Shown here: positions 18,385 to 29,093 of the stretch, piece after piece | How the letters are laid out: every line of letters begins with the position of its first letter | How positions within the stretch are numbered: the stretch's first letter is position 1 | From: Felixounavirus LF110P2 | DNA length: 64,000 nt | Sequence record: OZ035782.1 | Direction: 5' to 3' (one strand) | The notes under the pieces: model-generated | Seen by the model: the letters and a program-made list of their open reading frames with translations, nothing else | The model's database searches: none | Told to the model about the DNA's origin: nothing | Program-made: the position numbers and the translations under genes

Positions 18385-18648
18385 TTGAGAGAGAATAAAA
18401 TGTTTAACAAAAGCAAAGCTGTGAGTCATGTAGCAAAAGTTGACAGCAAGATTGAAGAACTTGAGCGCATCCTTGCAAATGCCAGAGAGTCAATAATCAA
18501 AGAAGTTGAAGCTGTTGAATCTCAAATGCAGCACCTAATGCTTAAACGTCAAGAGCTACGTGAGCATCTAGAATATATTGAAACACGAGAGCTAAAAGTT
18601 AACAGATATTTTAAGGAGTCCGAATGTTTAACTCAAGAGAATCAGTAA
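18385..18648 (+). CDS. hypothetical coiled-coil protein
   Basis: 87-aa ORF. Confidence 0.4.
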   Translation: MRENKMFNKSKAVSHVAKVDSKIEELERILANARESIIKEVEAVESQMQHLMLKRQELREHLEYIETRELKVNRYFKESECLTQENQ

Positions 18649-19379
18649 AAAACTGGAACCTTCGTTGTGGAAACACTCAAAAGCAACCTTACAGTGATGA
18701 GTATTGGGAATCTTTAAAATCTCAATCTCTGTGTATGCTTGAAGAAGCAAAAGAGCTTGTAAAAGCAATTGAAGAGAAAGACCCCATTGAGACACTGGAT
18801 GCTCAGGCAGATTTGCAATATGTTCTTGACGGTTTGATTTACCTGTCACAACATGACCATAACGGTGCTATGAAAGCTGTTTGCCGTAATAATGACCTGA
18901 AGTACACAGATGACTATGAAGAAGCTTTAAAACGTCTTGCAGACATTGAAAAGCGTACTGGTCAAGAGTGTATTATCAGAATGTCAGTAGTTGATGGTAA
19001 AGAGTGGTATGCGATTGTTCGTACAGCCGATGGGAAGATTATGAAGCAATCAAATCTCCCTAAAGTACAGCTTGGTGAATACATTGTAGAGCTTGAAAGC
19101 CAAGAACTTTTTGTGGTAGTATCTGAGACATGCGTTATCTGCAAAGGTATTGTAGGTAGCTTAAAGGATTTGGGTGTAGATGGTTTTGTAGAAGTTAATC
19201 CAATTACCTCTAAAGCAGATAAAGACTTCTGTAAAGAGAACGGACTATGGATTGCAGATATTGTCTACTATGATGGTGAGCAGTTCCATGTAACCTCATA
19301 CCCGAAACTGAATTATGATGCTAATAACCTGAAGTGCTGGTTAAAAGGGGTTGGTTATAATGGATTCACAGAACATTAA
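18624..19379 (+). CDS. hypothetical protein, possibly MazG-like NTP pyrophosphohydrolase
   Basis: EEAKELVKAIEE...DAQADLQYVLDGL resembles the MazG EExxE...D motif; weak. Confidence 0.35.
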   Translation: MFNSRESVKNWNLRCGNTQKQPYSDEYWESLKSQSLCMLEEAKELVKAIEEKDPIETLDAQADLQYVLDGLIYLSQHDHNGAMKAVCRNNDLKYTDDYEEALKRLADIEKRTGQECIIRMSVVDGKEWYAIVRTADGKIMKQSNLPKVQLGEYIVELESQELFVVVSETCVICKGIVGSLKDLGVDGFVEVNPITSKADKDFCKENGLWIADIVYYDGEQFHVTSYPKLNYDANNLKCWLKGVGYNGFTEH

Positions 19380-19683
19380 TAAAGAGGGTGTGGCTCAAAA
19401 GAGCCACTTCTCAAACTACAATATTTCTATGACGGTGTTTATGAATGACCCGTTACTAGAAAAATATGGTGAGACTCCAGATACACTTCTGGACAATGAA
19501 CAAGTTTTAAAAGCAGTCCTATACAAATACGGGATTGATATTGAGAAAGAATATTCCTTTGAAATCTGCCAACACAGGAATACTTTCGGTAAAGTTGTGA
19601 TGGCTCCACTCTTTATGGGTGTAGAAAGGACTGACTATGGTTGGTTGTATCTAAAAAGAAACTTGGAGAAATACCGTGTCTAA
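19351..19683 (+). CDS. hypothetical protein
   Basis: 110-aa ORF. Confidence 0.4.
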   Translation: MVIMDSQNINKEGVAQKSHFSNYNISMTVFMNDPLLEKYGETPDTLLDNEQVLKAVLYKYGIDIEKEYSFEICQHRNTFGKVVMAPLFMGVERTDYGWLYLKRNLEKYRV

Positions 19684-20014
19684 AGCAAAAAAGCTATCTT
19701 ATGATGATATTGTCTCAGGTGCTAAGTTAGGCGTTGACAGCCTCGGACAAGATGTTAAGCACGGGGACATAGTTATGTACTGTGATGACCGAAGAGGTAG
19801 AAGTGCAATCTTGTTTGGAAGAATTGTTTGCAAGATGCGAGGCAATTACGTTGTTGCAGACATGGATGTGAACGTTACACAAAAACTTGAAACACTTATG
19901 GATGATAATACATCATCATGGTTCTCCCTGAATTGTATGCACACTTCTTCAGTCACAAAAGTAAGTGATAAGTTTTACGATATGTGGCAGAATGAGCAAA
20001 TTTTCAAGATTTAA
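19676..20014 (+). CDS. hypothetical protein
   Basis: 112-aa ORF. Confidence 0.4.
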   Translation: MSKAKKLSYDDIVSGAKLGVDSLGQDVKHGDIVMYCDDRRGRSAILFGRIVCKMRGNYVVADMDVNVTQKLETLMDDNTSSWFSLNCMHTSSVTKVSDKFYDMWQNEQIFKI

Positions 20015-20021
20015 ACTAGGG

Positions 20022-20043
20022 AGCCTCTTCGGAGGCTCTTTTC
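20022..20043 (+). terminator. rho-independent terminator
   Basis: GAGCCTC-TTCG-GAGGCTC hairpin plus TTTTC. Confidence 0.55.
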
Positions 20044-20060
20044 ATCTGTAGGATTCGAAA

Positions 20061-22295
20061 ATGATTAAGACAATTAAAAAATCAAATGGTACAGTAGTAA
20101 GCTTTGACCCAGAAAGACTGAATAAGTGGGCATCATGGGCAGATAAACGTGGAATTATCTGGTCAGAAGTCACTATGGAAGCTATGAAACGTGTCTATGA
20201 GGGTTGCACTACAAAAGAGATGCACCAAGCCATGATTGATGTTTGTGTTGATAAACAAACTCAAGAGTACTCAGATATGGCTGGACGACTGCTTTTGGGT
20301 ATTATCTACAAAGAAGCCTTTGGAGGCTTTACTAAGGTTCCTACGCTGATTACCTTCGTTAAAAATATGGAGAGAGCAGGACTTTGGGAGAAGATGGATT
20401 ACTCACAGGAAGAGCTTGAATACCTGCAAGGTTACATCGTGCACTCAAAAGATATCTCTTACGGTTATGCAGTCTTGAAACAGTTCAGAGACAAGTATGG
20501 TATCCGTGATATTAAAACGGGAAGACTTTTTGAGTCACCACAATTTATGTTTATGGGTATGGCTATGAAAGCCTTTGAGAAGCAACCAAAGCACCGTAGA
20601 CTGCAAGATGTTATCAAGCTGTACACTTACCTATCTGACCTGAAGATTAACGCTCCTACGCCTTATTTAAACGGTTTGAGGGCAACTAAATCAGGTTATG
20701 CGTCATGCTGCTTGATTAAGGCAAACGATACTGCTGAATCACTTGGTATTGCTGCAAAGGTTGCTTATGATATGACTACAAAGCAAGCTGGTATCGGTAT
20801 GCTGATGGAGACTCGCACTATTGGTGATGGTATCCGTCAAAACACTATCGAACACATGGGTAAACTGCCTTATTACAAGCTTGTACGTTCATCTGTAGAG
20901 GCAAACAAACAGAAGAGTCGTGGTGGTTCAGCTAATAACTTCTACACTGCTCTAGACCCGCAGATTGAAGATTTACTGCGTTTGAAGCACCCTACAACGG
21001 TTCCTTCTAAACGTATTAATGAGATGGACTACTCATTCGGCACAAACGATTATTTCTGGCAGTGTGTCCAGTATGATACAGATTGGTTGCTATTCTCTTA
21101 CAAAGATGCACCAAAACTCTATGACATGTTCTACACAGCATCTGCTGATGAGTTTGCTATGGCAGTTGGTCACGCAGTACATTCAGGAGTTAAGCACAGA
21201 CGAGTCAAGGCTCGTGAAATTGCTAAGCTGTTTATTCAACAGCGTTATGCTACAGGTCGTGTGTATCCATTCTTCACTAACAACGCAAACACACATACAC
21301 CATTTAAAGAACCATTGAAGATGTCAAATCTTTGTATGGAAATTGTGTTGCCAGTGTATGGTTTTGAGAAAGAGACAGACCTTTACAGAGACGATGCTGT
21401 GAAAGAGGATGGTGAGGTGGCTCTTTGCTTCCTAGCTAGTTTGGTTGCAGGGAGAATTTCAGAAGATGAATACGCTGACGTTGCTTATTATGCTCTTGCA
21501 ATGGTTGACTCCGTTATTGACCTTATGGATTATCCGTATCCGTCGATGCGTAACCATGTTCAGAAGCGTCGTTCTGTTGGGATTGGCCTTACAAATGTGG
21601 CTCATTACCTTGCGAAGAACTACGTGAACTACTCTTCACGAGCAGGTAAAACGAAACTTCATGAACTTGCAGAGATGCACTCTTACTATCTGCATGAAGC
21701 CTCGCTGAGACTTGCTAAAGAGCGTGGCGTTCCAGAGTACATGAAGTTCACTAAGTATCCTGAAGGCTGGGTTCCTCCAAAGACAGCTAACAAGAAGATT
21801 GATGAAAAGCATGATGCAAAACTACGATATGATTGGGATGACTTAGCACAACGTATCAAAGAAAATGGTGGAATCCGAAACTCTGTATTAGAAGCTTACA
21901 TGCCTAATGAGAGTTCTTCACTAGCAACTAATACGACAAATGGTTTGTACCCAATTCGTGACTTTATTTTAACTAAAAAGTCTGCAACTGGTAACGTACT
22001 GTTTATTGTTCCAGATTATGAAGAATTGAAGTATGTCTATGAAATTGCTTGGGATATCGACACCTTTGATATGATTGACTGTTATGCAATTGTTCAAAAG
22101 TTCACTGGTCAAGCTATCTCTTCAGACTTCTATGTTGACTATGCAAAGTCTAAGAAGGTATCATTGGCTCAAGCTTTGAAGTACATGATTTATGCCAACT
22201 CGGTAGGTATGAAAACCATGTACTACCTTAACAGTCGCATTGGTGTAGGTAAATCTGCACTGCAAGATGCTTATTGCGAGGGCTGTGGTGTTTAG
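20061..22295 (+). CDS. nrdA: ribonucleoside-diphosphate reductase alpha subunit (class Ia)
   Basis: 744 aa, N-terminal ATP-cone (IKKSNGTVVSFDPERL), C-terminal CEGC tail; followed by nrdB. Confidence 0.9.
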   Translation: MIKTIKKSNGTVVSFDPERLNKWASWADKRGIIWSEVTMEAMKRVYEGCTTKEMHQAMIDVCVDKQTQEYSDMAGRLLLGIIYKEAFGGFTKVPTLITFVKNMERAGLWEKMDYSQEELEYLQGYIVHSKDISYGYAVLKQFRDKYGIRDIKTGRLFESPQFMFMGMAMKAFEKQPKHRRLQDVIKLYTYLSDLKINAPTPYLNGLRATKSGYASCCLIKANDTAESLGIAAKVAYDMTTKQAGIGMLMETRTIGDGIRQNTIEHMGKLPYYKLVRSSVEANKQKSRGGSANNFYTALDPQIEDLLRLKHPTTVPSKRINEMDYSFGTNDYFWQCVQYDTDWLLFSYKDAPKLYDMFYTASADEFAMAVGHAVHSGVKHRRVKAREIAKLFIQQRYATGRVYPFFTNNANTHTPFKEPLKMSNLCMEIVLPVYGFEKETDLYRDDAVKEDGEVALCFLASLVAGRISEDEYADVAYYALAMVDSVIDLMDYPYPSMRNHVQKRRSVGIGLTNVAHYLAKNYVNYSSRAGKTKLHELAEMHSYYLHEASLRLAKERGVPEYMKFTKYPEGWVPPKTANKKIDEKHDAKLRYDWDDLAQRIKENGGIRNSVLEAYMPNESSSLATNTTNGLYPIRDFILTKKSATGNVLFIVPDYEELKYVYEIAWDIDTFDMIDCYAIVQKFTGQAISSDFYVDYAKSKKVSLAQALKYMIYANSVGMKTMYYLNSRIGVGKSALQDAYCEGCGV

Positions 22296-22350
22296 TTTTA
22301 ACAACTATGAGGGTCGTAAAAGACCCTCTAAAAATAACTTTGGAGAGACC

Positions 22351-22608
22351 ATGAAAGATTTAATAGAAAAACATGAGCGACCTATATACTTGCTCCACAA
22401 GCCTCGGAAAACGATGTACTATGTGAGTAGCACAGATATGATGATAAAACAAAAGGATGACTCATGGGTTGCTGGTATCTCTTACATCTCTACAGCAGAT
22501 GGTAAAACCTACGCAAGACCTTATGAGATGTTCAACAAAGAAAATTGGGAAGTTTTAGACAGAAAACAAGCCTTAGAAATGATAAAGAAAGGAGAAATCA
22601 CGCTATGA
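22351..22608 (+). CDS. hypothetical protein
   Basis: ORF between nrdA and nrdB; start moved to ATG 22351 after GGAGAG. Confidence 0.4.
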   Translation: MKDLIEKHERPIYLLHKPRKTMYYVSSTDMMIKQKDDSWVAGISYISTADGKTYARPYEMFNKENWEVLDRKQALEMIKKGEITL

Positions 22609-23678
22609 TTAACCAGCACCCAATCTTTTTAGGTGGTGAGAGAAAAACTTTTGACTCACTTAATAAACACTACCCAAAAATCTTTGAGCTTTATAAACAA
22701 CAAAAAGCACAAGATTGGTCAGAAGATGAGTTCCCTTTTGAACAATCACGTCTTGATTTTGAGAGTGTTCCAGCATCAATGTCAGGTGTAATGCTTGAGA
22801 TTCTTAAGTGGCAGTGGGAAGCAGATACTCAAGTTGCTAAGAGTTTGGCATTTGCCTTTGCACCATTTATCTCTGATGACATCTATGCAACTGCAATTAT
22901 GAAGCAGTCTGAGATTGAAAACCTACATGCTCTTACTTACTCAGAGATTGTAAGGCAATGTATTAAAAACCCTGAAACAATCTTAGATGAGATTAACCAG
23001 AATGTTGCTGTACAAGACCGATTAAAAACTGTGAATCGTGTTCTTGAAGAATTACTGGATGAAGGTATAAACTATCGCCTGAGTTATGTGCGCGACTCAC
23101 TTCTGGACAAAGACCCTTTACACTTCCATAAAGTGATTCTAAAAGGTCTATTTGCAGTGACTGCACTTGAAGGTATATCTTTTATGGCATCCTTTGCATG
23201 TACCTTTGCACTTGATGCTCAAGATAAATTTCAGGGTATTGCTCAAGCTGTCCAGAAAATTATGCTTGATGAAATCCTTCACACTAAAATTGATATTGAA
23301 GTTTTAAAAGAAACTTTAAGAGATGATGAGTGGCAGAAAGCTTTTCAACAAATTCTTCCAGAGATTAAAGTAATCTTAGATGAAGTAGTTGAAAGTGAAG
23401 AGAAATGGTCGTATTATATCTTCTCCGAAGGACGTGCTGTAGTTGGCTTAAATACAAAGCTTCTTCATGAGTGGGTTTACTATAATGCTGCCCCACTGTA
23501 TGATATGTTTGGCATTCCCAGAGATTTTGTAGCTCCTAAAGAACCACCTTTGAAGTACATGATTAAGAAGATGGAAATTGATAAAGAGCAGAATGCTAAT
23601 CAGGAGCAACAGAACGGTGCGTACCTATTGAATACTGTTGTAGATGATTTGAATAGTGGATTTTTAGAGGTTCCTTAA
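22605..23678 (+). CDS. nrdB: ribonucleoside-diphosphate reductase beta subunit
   Basis: R2-like ferritin motifs (DEILHT); start moved to ATG 22605 after GGAGAA. Confidence 0.8.
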   Translation: MINQHPIFLGGERKTFDSLNKHYPKIFELYKQQKAQDWSEDEFPFEQSRLDFESVPASMSGVMLEILKWQWEADTQVAKSLAFAFAPFISDDIYATAIMKQSEIENLHALTYSEIVRQCIKNPETILDEINQNVAVQDRLKTVNRVLEELLDEGINYRLSYVRDSLLDKDPLHFHKVILKGLFAVTALEGISFMASFACTFALDAQDKFQGIAQAVQKIMLDEILHTKIDIEVLKETLRDDEWQKAFQQILPEIKVILDEVVESEEKWSYYIFSEGRAVVGLNTKLLHEWVYYNAAPLYDMFGIPRDFVAPKEPPLKYMIKKMEIDKEQNANQEQQNGAYLLNTVVDDLNSGFLEVP

Positions 23679-23920
23679 TGACTTATGTAATTTACTCCAA
23701 AACTGGATGCCCTCAGTGCGAGACTGCAAAGAATTTTGCAAAAGCTCGTGGTATTGACCATGTTGTGAGAATGTTAGGGCAGGACTATGAACTATCAGAC
23801 CTGATTGATATTGCACAGATGCCAGTTCGTCAGATGCCATTCATCATGAAAACTGATGGGCAAAACCTAAAACCTGTTGGTACGCTACAGAATTTTATGG
23901 CAGAGGTGAATAATGCTTAA
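23678..23920 (+). CDS. nrdH: glutaredoxin-like protein (NrdH-type)
   Basis: 80 aa with CPQC redox motif, adjacent to nrdB. Confidence 0.7.
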   Translation: MTYVIYSKTGCPQCETAKNFAKARGIDHVVRMLGQDYELSDLIDIAQMPVRQMPFIMKTDGQNLKPVGTLQNFMAEVNNA

Positions 23921-24119
23921 ACGCATTTGGGAAGGTTTTGTTGTTGATGCACCAGCTATTGTGATTGGTATGCTTATTGTTAACCTATTTACTGACTTTG
24001 AACAAGGTTCATTGTTTGGAGCCATGTTACTATGGGTTATCTTCGAAATATTAGAGATACAGTTAGGTATCACTGAAAAACTAAGAGAACTCTTTGCGAA
24101 GTTTTCTAAAAAGATTTAA
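23913..24119 (+). CDS. hypothetical small membrane protein
   Basis: 68 aa, hydrophobic. Confidence 0.4.
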   Translation: MLKRIWEGFVVDAPAIVIGMLIVNLFTDFEQGSLFGAMLLWVIFEILEIQLGITEKLRELFAKFSKKI

Positions 24120-24123
24120 AATG

Positions 24124-24147
24124 AAAGGGTCTCTTCGGAGACCTTTT
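24124..24147 (+). terminator. rho-independent terminator
   Basis: GGTCTC-TTCG-GAGACC hairpin plus TTTTT. Confidence 0.55.
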
Positions 24148-24167
24148 TAGCATGTAAAGGGGCAATA

Positions 24168-26312
24168 ATGAACAAAGTACAGATTATTAAAAAGAATGGC
24201 TCACTTGAAGAACCTGATATCAAAAAAGTTTTAGCAGCAGTCACAAAGTCAGCTAACAGAGTTGGTTATAAAGAGCTTCCACCAGATGTTACTCAAGCTC
24301 TTGAGTCAGCATTTATGAGGATTCTGGTAAAGTCCACTAAGCAGAATAATTTGCTAATTTCGGTAAATGATATTCACAGTATTGTTGAGGGTGCTTTGGC
24401 AGAAGTCAATCACGAGATTTATGAGTCTTACTCAACATATAGAAATTACCGTAAAGAGGTTGCTCAAAATTGGGATGAACTCTACCAGAAGACCAAAGAT
24501 ACACTCTTCTTAGGCGACCGAGAAAACGCTAATTTTGACAGCAGTTTAATTTCTACAAAAGGCTCAATTATTCGTGGTTACCTGACTAAAGAAATCTTTA
24601 AACAGTACCATTTAACACCAGAGGAACTTGAAGCCATTGAAAAAGGATTTATCTATATCCATGATTTAAGAGACCTAATTTTTGGTGGTATCAACTGTTG
24701 CCTGTTTGACATTGGTAAAGTCCTGAAAGGTGGCTTTGAAATGTCTGGCATCGAATATTGTGAACCGAAGTCTGTGCTGTCAGCCTTACAGGTTATTGGT
24801 GATGTAGTTCTTTCAGCAACTGCACAGCAATTTGGTGGCTTTACTTTAGCAGAGATTGATAAGGTACTTGTACCGTATGCTAAGAAGTCTCTACGCTATC
24901 ATGCTGAGAAAGCAGCATCTTATGGTATTCCTAAAGAACATTACCATAATTATGTCATGGAGCAGCTACAGATTGAATTAACTCAAGGTTTTCAGTCACT
25001 TGAAATGAAACTGAACACTGTACCTTGCAGCCGTGGTGATTTCGCATTCACAACTTTAACATTCGGGTTACTTGACTCAGATATGTCTAATGAAGACAAC
25101 CGACTACAATACATGATTGCAAGTACTCTCCTAGATGTTCGTATGAATGGACAAGGTAAGAGCAAGAAGCCTGTTGTATTCCCTAAACTGGTTTATATTC
25201 ATGACCAGAAGAGACACGATGAGAATATCTGTCAAGGTCAACTGTACAGTAAAGCTATTGAGTGTTGCTCTAAAGCGATGTATCCAGATTTCTTAAGCGT
25301 ATCTGGTCATGGTGCTGTAGCAGAAGCTTTTGAGCGTTCTGGCAAGGTAATTTCACCGATGGGTTGCAGAGCTTTCTTATCCCCATATCTTAACGAGAAT
25401 GGAGAAGAGTTCTACGTTGGACGTGCTAACATTGGTGCTGTATCTTTGAACTTGCCAATGATTTACCAGTATTCTAAAGAGAATGGTTTAGATTTCTGGA
25501 AAGAGCTTGATAAGTACCTAGAGATGATTCGCAGCTTCCACAAGAAACGCTACGAAATGATTGCTAATATGCCAGCAAGTTCTAACCCTCTTGCATTCAC
25601 ACAAGGTGGTCTGTACAAAGGGACTAAGAAACCTACTGACAAGGTTGGTTGGGATATCGTGAAGTCCTTCACAGCTTCTTTTGGGGTTACTGCTCTTGAT
25701 GAGCTGTCTGTTCTTGCTGAAGGTAAACGACTTCATGAAGTTGGAAGCTATAGTTTTGCATACGATGTTCTGGCATACATTAACATGAAAACTGAAGAGT
25801 TTAAGAACGAAGATGGCTTCTTGTATGCGGTATATGGCACTCCAGCAGAATCACTTTGTGGAACTCAGTTAAAACAGTTCAGAGATATGTTTGGCGTTAT
25901 TAAAGGTGTCTCTGACAAGGAATATTTTACAAACAGTTTCCATATGAATGTTGCAGCAGATATCTCACCATTTGAGAAGCAGGACTTAGAAGAGCCATTC
26001 TTCCATATCTGTAGAGGCGGCAGAATCCAGTATGTGAGGGTAGCTAACCCAGAAAACTTACCAGCACTTAAAAGTTGTATTACAAGAGGGATGTTGAAGG
26101 GTTTTTATCAAGGACTTAACTTTGACTTAGCAATCTGTGAACATTGTGGTAACAGACCAAAGGCTGATGTTGAAGAATGTGAGGTTTGTCATTCACACGA
26201 TATCTCTGTGATTAACAGGGTGTGCGGGTACTTGTCATTCACAAAAATTAAAGGTCAGTCTCGAATGAATGACGCTAAGATGGCAGAAATTAAGGATAGG
26301 GTTTCTATGTAG
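24168..26312 (+). CDS. nrdD: anaerobic ribonucleoside-triphosphate reductase
   Basis: N-terminal ATP-cone, C-terminal zinc ribbon CEHCG...CEVC and glycyl-radical motif RVCGYLS. Confidence 0.85.
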   Translation: MNKVQIIKKNGSLEEPDIKKVLAAVTKSANRVGYKELPPDVTQALESAFMRILVKSTKQNNLLISVNDIHSIVEGALAEVNHEIYESYSTYRNYRKEVAQNWDELYQKTKDTLFLGDRENANFDSSLISTKGSIIRGYLTKEIFKQYHLTPEELEAIEKGFIYIHDLRDLIFGGINCCLFDIGKVLKGGFEMSGIEYCEPKSVLSALQVIGDVVLSATAQQFGGFTLAEIDKVLVPYAKKSLRYHAEKAASYGIPKEHYHNYVMEQLQIELTQGFQSLEMKLNTVPCSRGDFAFTTLTFGLLDSDMSNEDNRLQYMIASTLLDVRMNGQGKSKKPVVFPKLVYIHDQKRHDENICQGQLYSKAIECCSKAMYPDFLSVSGHGAVAEAFERSGKVISPMGCRAFLSPYLNENGEEFYVGRANIGAVSLNLPMIYQYSKENGLDFWKELDKYLEMIRSFHKKRYEMIANMPASSNPLAFTQGGLYKGTKKPTDKVGWDIVKSFTASFGVTALDELSVLAEGKRLHEVGSYSFAYDVLAYINMKTEEFKNEDGFLYAVYGTPAESLCGTQLKQFRDMFGVIKGVSDKEYFTNSFHMNVAADISPFEKQDLEEPFFHICRGGRIQYVRVANPENLPALKSCITRGMLKGFYQGLNFDLAICEHCGNRPKADVEECEVCHSHDISVINRVCGYLSFTKIKGQSRMNDAKMAEIKDRVSM

Positions 26313-26319
26313 AATACAA

Positions 26320-26898
26320 ATGAATTACGAACTAATATATAATGCAATTATTAAAAAGGCACATTCTGAAAGGGGTGTGCCTCTCACATACTACAAATGT
26401 CAAGGTAAGGGTTATGAAAGACACCATATCATACCAGTATGTCTAGGTGGCGATAAAATTAGTGGAGATAACATTGCTTTACTTACACCTAGAGAGCATT
26501 ATATAGCTCATAAATTACTGGTTAAGATGTATCCAAACAATCATAAGTTATGGTTTGCATGGAGCAGGTTAGCTCATGATGGCCTAGATAGGAAAATATC
26601 ATCCAGAGACTATGAAAAGGTAAGGGCTTTAAACTCGAAAGCTCTATCGATTGTGAATAAAGGTAGGGTTTTCACTGAAGAGCATCGAAGACGATTAGGA
26701 GAAGCTCAAATAGGTAATACAAAGTCAAAAGGTTGTAAAAGGTCTATGGAAACAAGGAAGAAGATGTCAGAAGCCGGAAAAAAGCCAAAGAAAAAGAAAA
26801 CTTGCCCGCATTGTGGCATGACTGGTGGTGCTGGTAACATGACTCGATATCATTTTGACAATTGTAAGAAAAAAAAAATAACCTTATGTAAAACTTGA
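26320..26898 (+). CDS. HNH homing endonuclease
   Basis: HNH core ERHHIIPVCLGGDKISGDNIALLTPREHYIAH; inserted between nrdD and nrdG; start moved to ATG 26320. Confidence 0.75.
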   Translation: MNYELIYNAIIKKAHSERGVPLTYYKCQGKGYERHHIIPVCLGGDKISGDNIALLTPREHYIAHKLLVKMYPNNHKLWFAWSRLAHDGLDRKISSRDYEKVRALNSKALSIVNKGRVFTEEHRRRLGEAQIGNTKSKGCKRSMETRKKMSEAGKKPKKKKTCPHCGMTGGAGNMTRYHFDNCKKKKITLCKT

Positions 26899-26902
26899 CA
26901 AG

Positions 26903-27289
26903 GTGGTGTGGGTCTTGATAGGCTTACATCACCTTTTTATTTGGAGTTACATTATGGACTTGTGGCTTTATGTAGCAGTTTGTGGGATTGTATGTCTGAT
27001 AATCTTATTTATTCTTGGAATAATGCGATTTAGAGACATCATACAGTCAGATTTTTTGCCTGAGTTTGCCATGATGGTTGGAGTTATTGCACTTTGTGTC
27101 TTGGCGGTGTTCTATTCATACAAAACTGTGATATGGATGAAGTCAAACAATTGTGTAAAAACTCATCAACATCGTGAGGTTACTTATTTTGTGAGTGTAC
27201 TTAGTGGGAACACCACTGTACTTGTCCCACAAACTTCTGTAGAGTATCTTTACACATGTGATAATGGTAAAACTATATGGTGGAATTAA
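26903..27289 (+). CDS. hypothetical membrane protein
   Basis: 128 aa, hydrophobic helices. Confidence 0.4.
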   Translation: MVWVLIGLHHLFIWSYIMDLWLYVAVCGIVCLIILFILGIMRFRDIIQSDFLPEFAMMVGVIALCVLAVFYSYKTVIWMKSNNCVKTHQHREVTYFVSVLSGNTTVLVPQTSVEYLYTCDNGKTIWWN

Positions 27290-27492
27290 CAATGGCAACA
27301 CTCTTAAAGGTATTGACACCCACACTACACATAGTAATCTTCTTCTTTGGGGTTAGTGTTATGGTATGGGGTTTTTCAGACCCACAATGGAGTTTATCAT
27401 ATCATGGACAAATGGATTTATGGTCATGCTTCAAACCATTTTTAGGGTTAGCTATAGCATTCAGTGCATTACCAACTAGGGTGAAATTATGA
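27277..27492 (+). CDS. hypothetical small membrane protein
   Basis: 71 aa, hydrophobic. Confidence 0.35.
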   Translation: MVELTMATLLKVLTPTLHIVIFFFGVSVMVWGFSDPQWSLSYHGQMDLWSCFKPFLGLAIAFSALPTRVKL

Positions 27493-27884
27493 TTAAGTTG
27501 AGCAAAAAACAGTTAGAGTGGATTAAAGATTACGCCTCAGAGTGTGGCTCTTGCGAAAAGAATCACGTAAGATATTCAACATTCCATACAACCTTCGCAT
27601 TGTACATAGGTGACAACGTTCTAAGTGATTCCGTAGAAGATGGTGTAGCGTTGCCTAATGAATTGCTTGACAAATTAGCTGTAGTCACTGGAACTTGGTC
27701 TGAAGAAGACGGTCATGAATTATCTGATGATGTTGTCTTCTACAGTATTGAAAATATTATGAATCCAGAGTACATTATGCTAATGACTTGTGCACAAGAC
27801 TGTGTACCATTACAAAACTTCATCAAAGAGCACTGTGAAGAGTTTATTACTAAACAGGTTCCTTGTCAGGTAGTGTTTGAATAA
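27489..27884 (+). CDS. hypothetical protein
   Basis: 131-aa ORF. Confidence 0.4.
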   Translation: MIKLSKKQLEWIKDYASECGSCEKNHVRYSTFHTTFALYIGDNVLSDSVEDGVALPNELLDKLAVVTGTWSEEDGHELSDDVVFYSIENIMNPEYIMLMTCAQDCVPLQNFIKEHCEEFITKQVPCQVVFE

Positions 27885-27919
27885 GTAAAAGGCTTAAATA
27901 ATATTGGTGAGGTAACTAG

Positions 27920-28405
27920 ATGAATTACATGGAGATTAGACCATTTGACACAGCTAATGGTGAAGGGGTTCGTGTAAGTCTCTTCGTAGCTGGCTGTAAA
28001 CATCACTGTGAAGGTTGCTTTAACAGGGAGTCTTGGAAGTTTAATGCTGGTAAAGTATTTACTTATGCAAACCTTTATGGCATTCTAAGACTTTTGGAAG
28101 ATGACTCTTTAAGTGGGCTGTCTATCCTCGGTGGAGAACCATTGGATGACCGTAACATTGGAGAAGTCACTAAGATTTGTCAGAAGGTTAAATCAATCTA
28201 TCCAGAGAAATCTATCTGGCTCTGGACAGGTTTTCAGTTACATGAAAAAATTCACCTTGATGTGATGAAATATGTTGACGTGGTGATTGATGGTAAGTAT
28301 GATTCATCTAAACCAACAGTTAAACCATATCGTGGTTCTGATAACCAAAACCTCTGGAGAAAAGAGTATGGGTGGCAAGGTGATTGTCAGTGGAGAGCAG
28401 AGTGA
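27920..28405 (+). CDS. nrdG: anaerobic RNR activating protein (radical SAM)
   Basis: CKHHCEGC = Cx3Cx2C radical-SAM cluster motif near N-terminus. Confidence 0.8.
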   Translation: MNYMEIRPFDTANGEGVRVSLFVAGCKHHCEGCFNRESWKFNAGKVFTYANLYGILRLLEDDSLSGLSILGGEPLDDRNIGEVTKICQKVKSIYPEKSIWLWTGFQLHEKIHLDVMKYVDVVIDGKYDSSKPTVKPYRGSDNQNLWRKEYGWQGDCQWRAE

Positions 28406-28485
28406 TTATTCTGGCAAATGGACTAAGGTATAACTCCAATTGGTATCACTGAAGAAGAACTTCATAAGTTCTGTATTAAACTTTA

Positions 28486-28770
28486 ATGAGAGAGAGACTA
28501 AAAATGGGAATTTTAGGTAATATGAAAGCTGGATTCTTGAAGGCACTGGAAAAAGCAGCAGCAATTGTTTCTATGACTGGAAAGCAGGTCGGTGTAGATG
28601 CTTCAGTGGTTGCACAGGTTCTTGCAAGCCAAATTGAACAGCAGCCTTACATCTACGTAGGCCGTGGTAAAGGTGGTAAGAAACAAGCCCACCGTCCGTC
28701 TGGTGCAGCAGCTATTAAACGAGCAGCTAAGAAAGCTCGTAACCGTAAACGTAATAAGAAGGCTAAATAA
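28486..28770 (+). CDS. hypothetical protein with basic C-terminus
   Basis: 94 aa, C-terminal KRAAKKARNRKRNKKAK. Confidence 0.4.
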   Translation: MRERLKMGILGNMKAGFLKALEKAAAIVSMTGKQVGVDASVVAQVLASQIEQQPYIYVGRGKGGKKQAHRPSGAAAIKRAAKKARNRKRNKKAK

Positions 28771-28772
28771 TC

Positions 28773-29093
28773 ATGAGCAAAGTTTATAACACTCGCAAAT
28801 TACAGATTTTCGTACTGTGCCAGTTTATGGCTAAAGAATACAACTTCTACTATTGTGGTACAGGTTTTATTAGTGATGATGATGGCTCATACCTCCCATT
28901 TAAAGAAGCTGTAAAGCTCTTTAATGAAGAGAAAAGCTCTAAGAAAGATATTGAAAAGGTTAAGCTAACCTACAGCAAGAAAGATAAGAAGATTATCTGC
29001 CTAGATAACTTTGTGAAAGTTACTGGAGAAGCAAAAGAGTTTATGGATGAGAGTGAGATTTCATTCACAAGCATCTTGAAAGTAGCTCAGTAA
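28773..29093 (+). CDS. hypothetical protein
   Basis: 106-aa ORF. Confidence 0.4.
   Translation: MSKVYNTRKLQIFVLCQFMAKEYNFYYCGTGFISDDDGSYLPFKEAVKLFNEEKSSKKDIEKVKLTYSKKDKKIICLDNFVKVTGEAKEFMDESEISFTSILKVAQ

Noticed and set aside
26867-26878. A10 homopolymer inside the HNH gene as a programmed frameshift site
   Set aside because: The ORF reads through in frame to a stop 20 nt later and no extended alternative frame follows; most likely just a Lys-rich tail in AT-rich DNA
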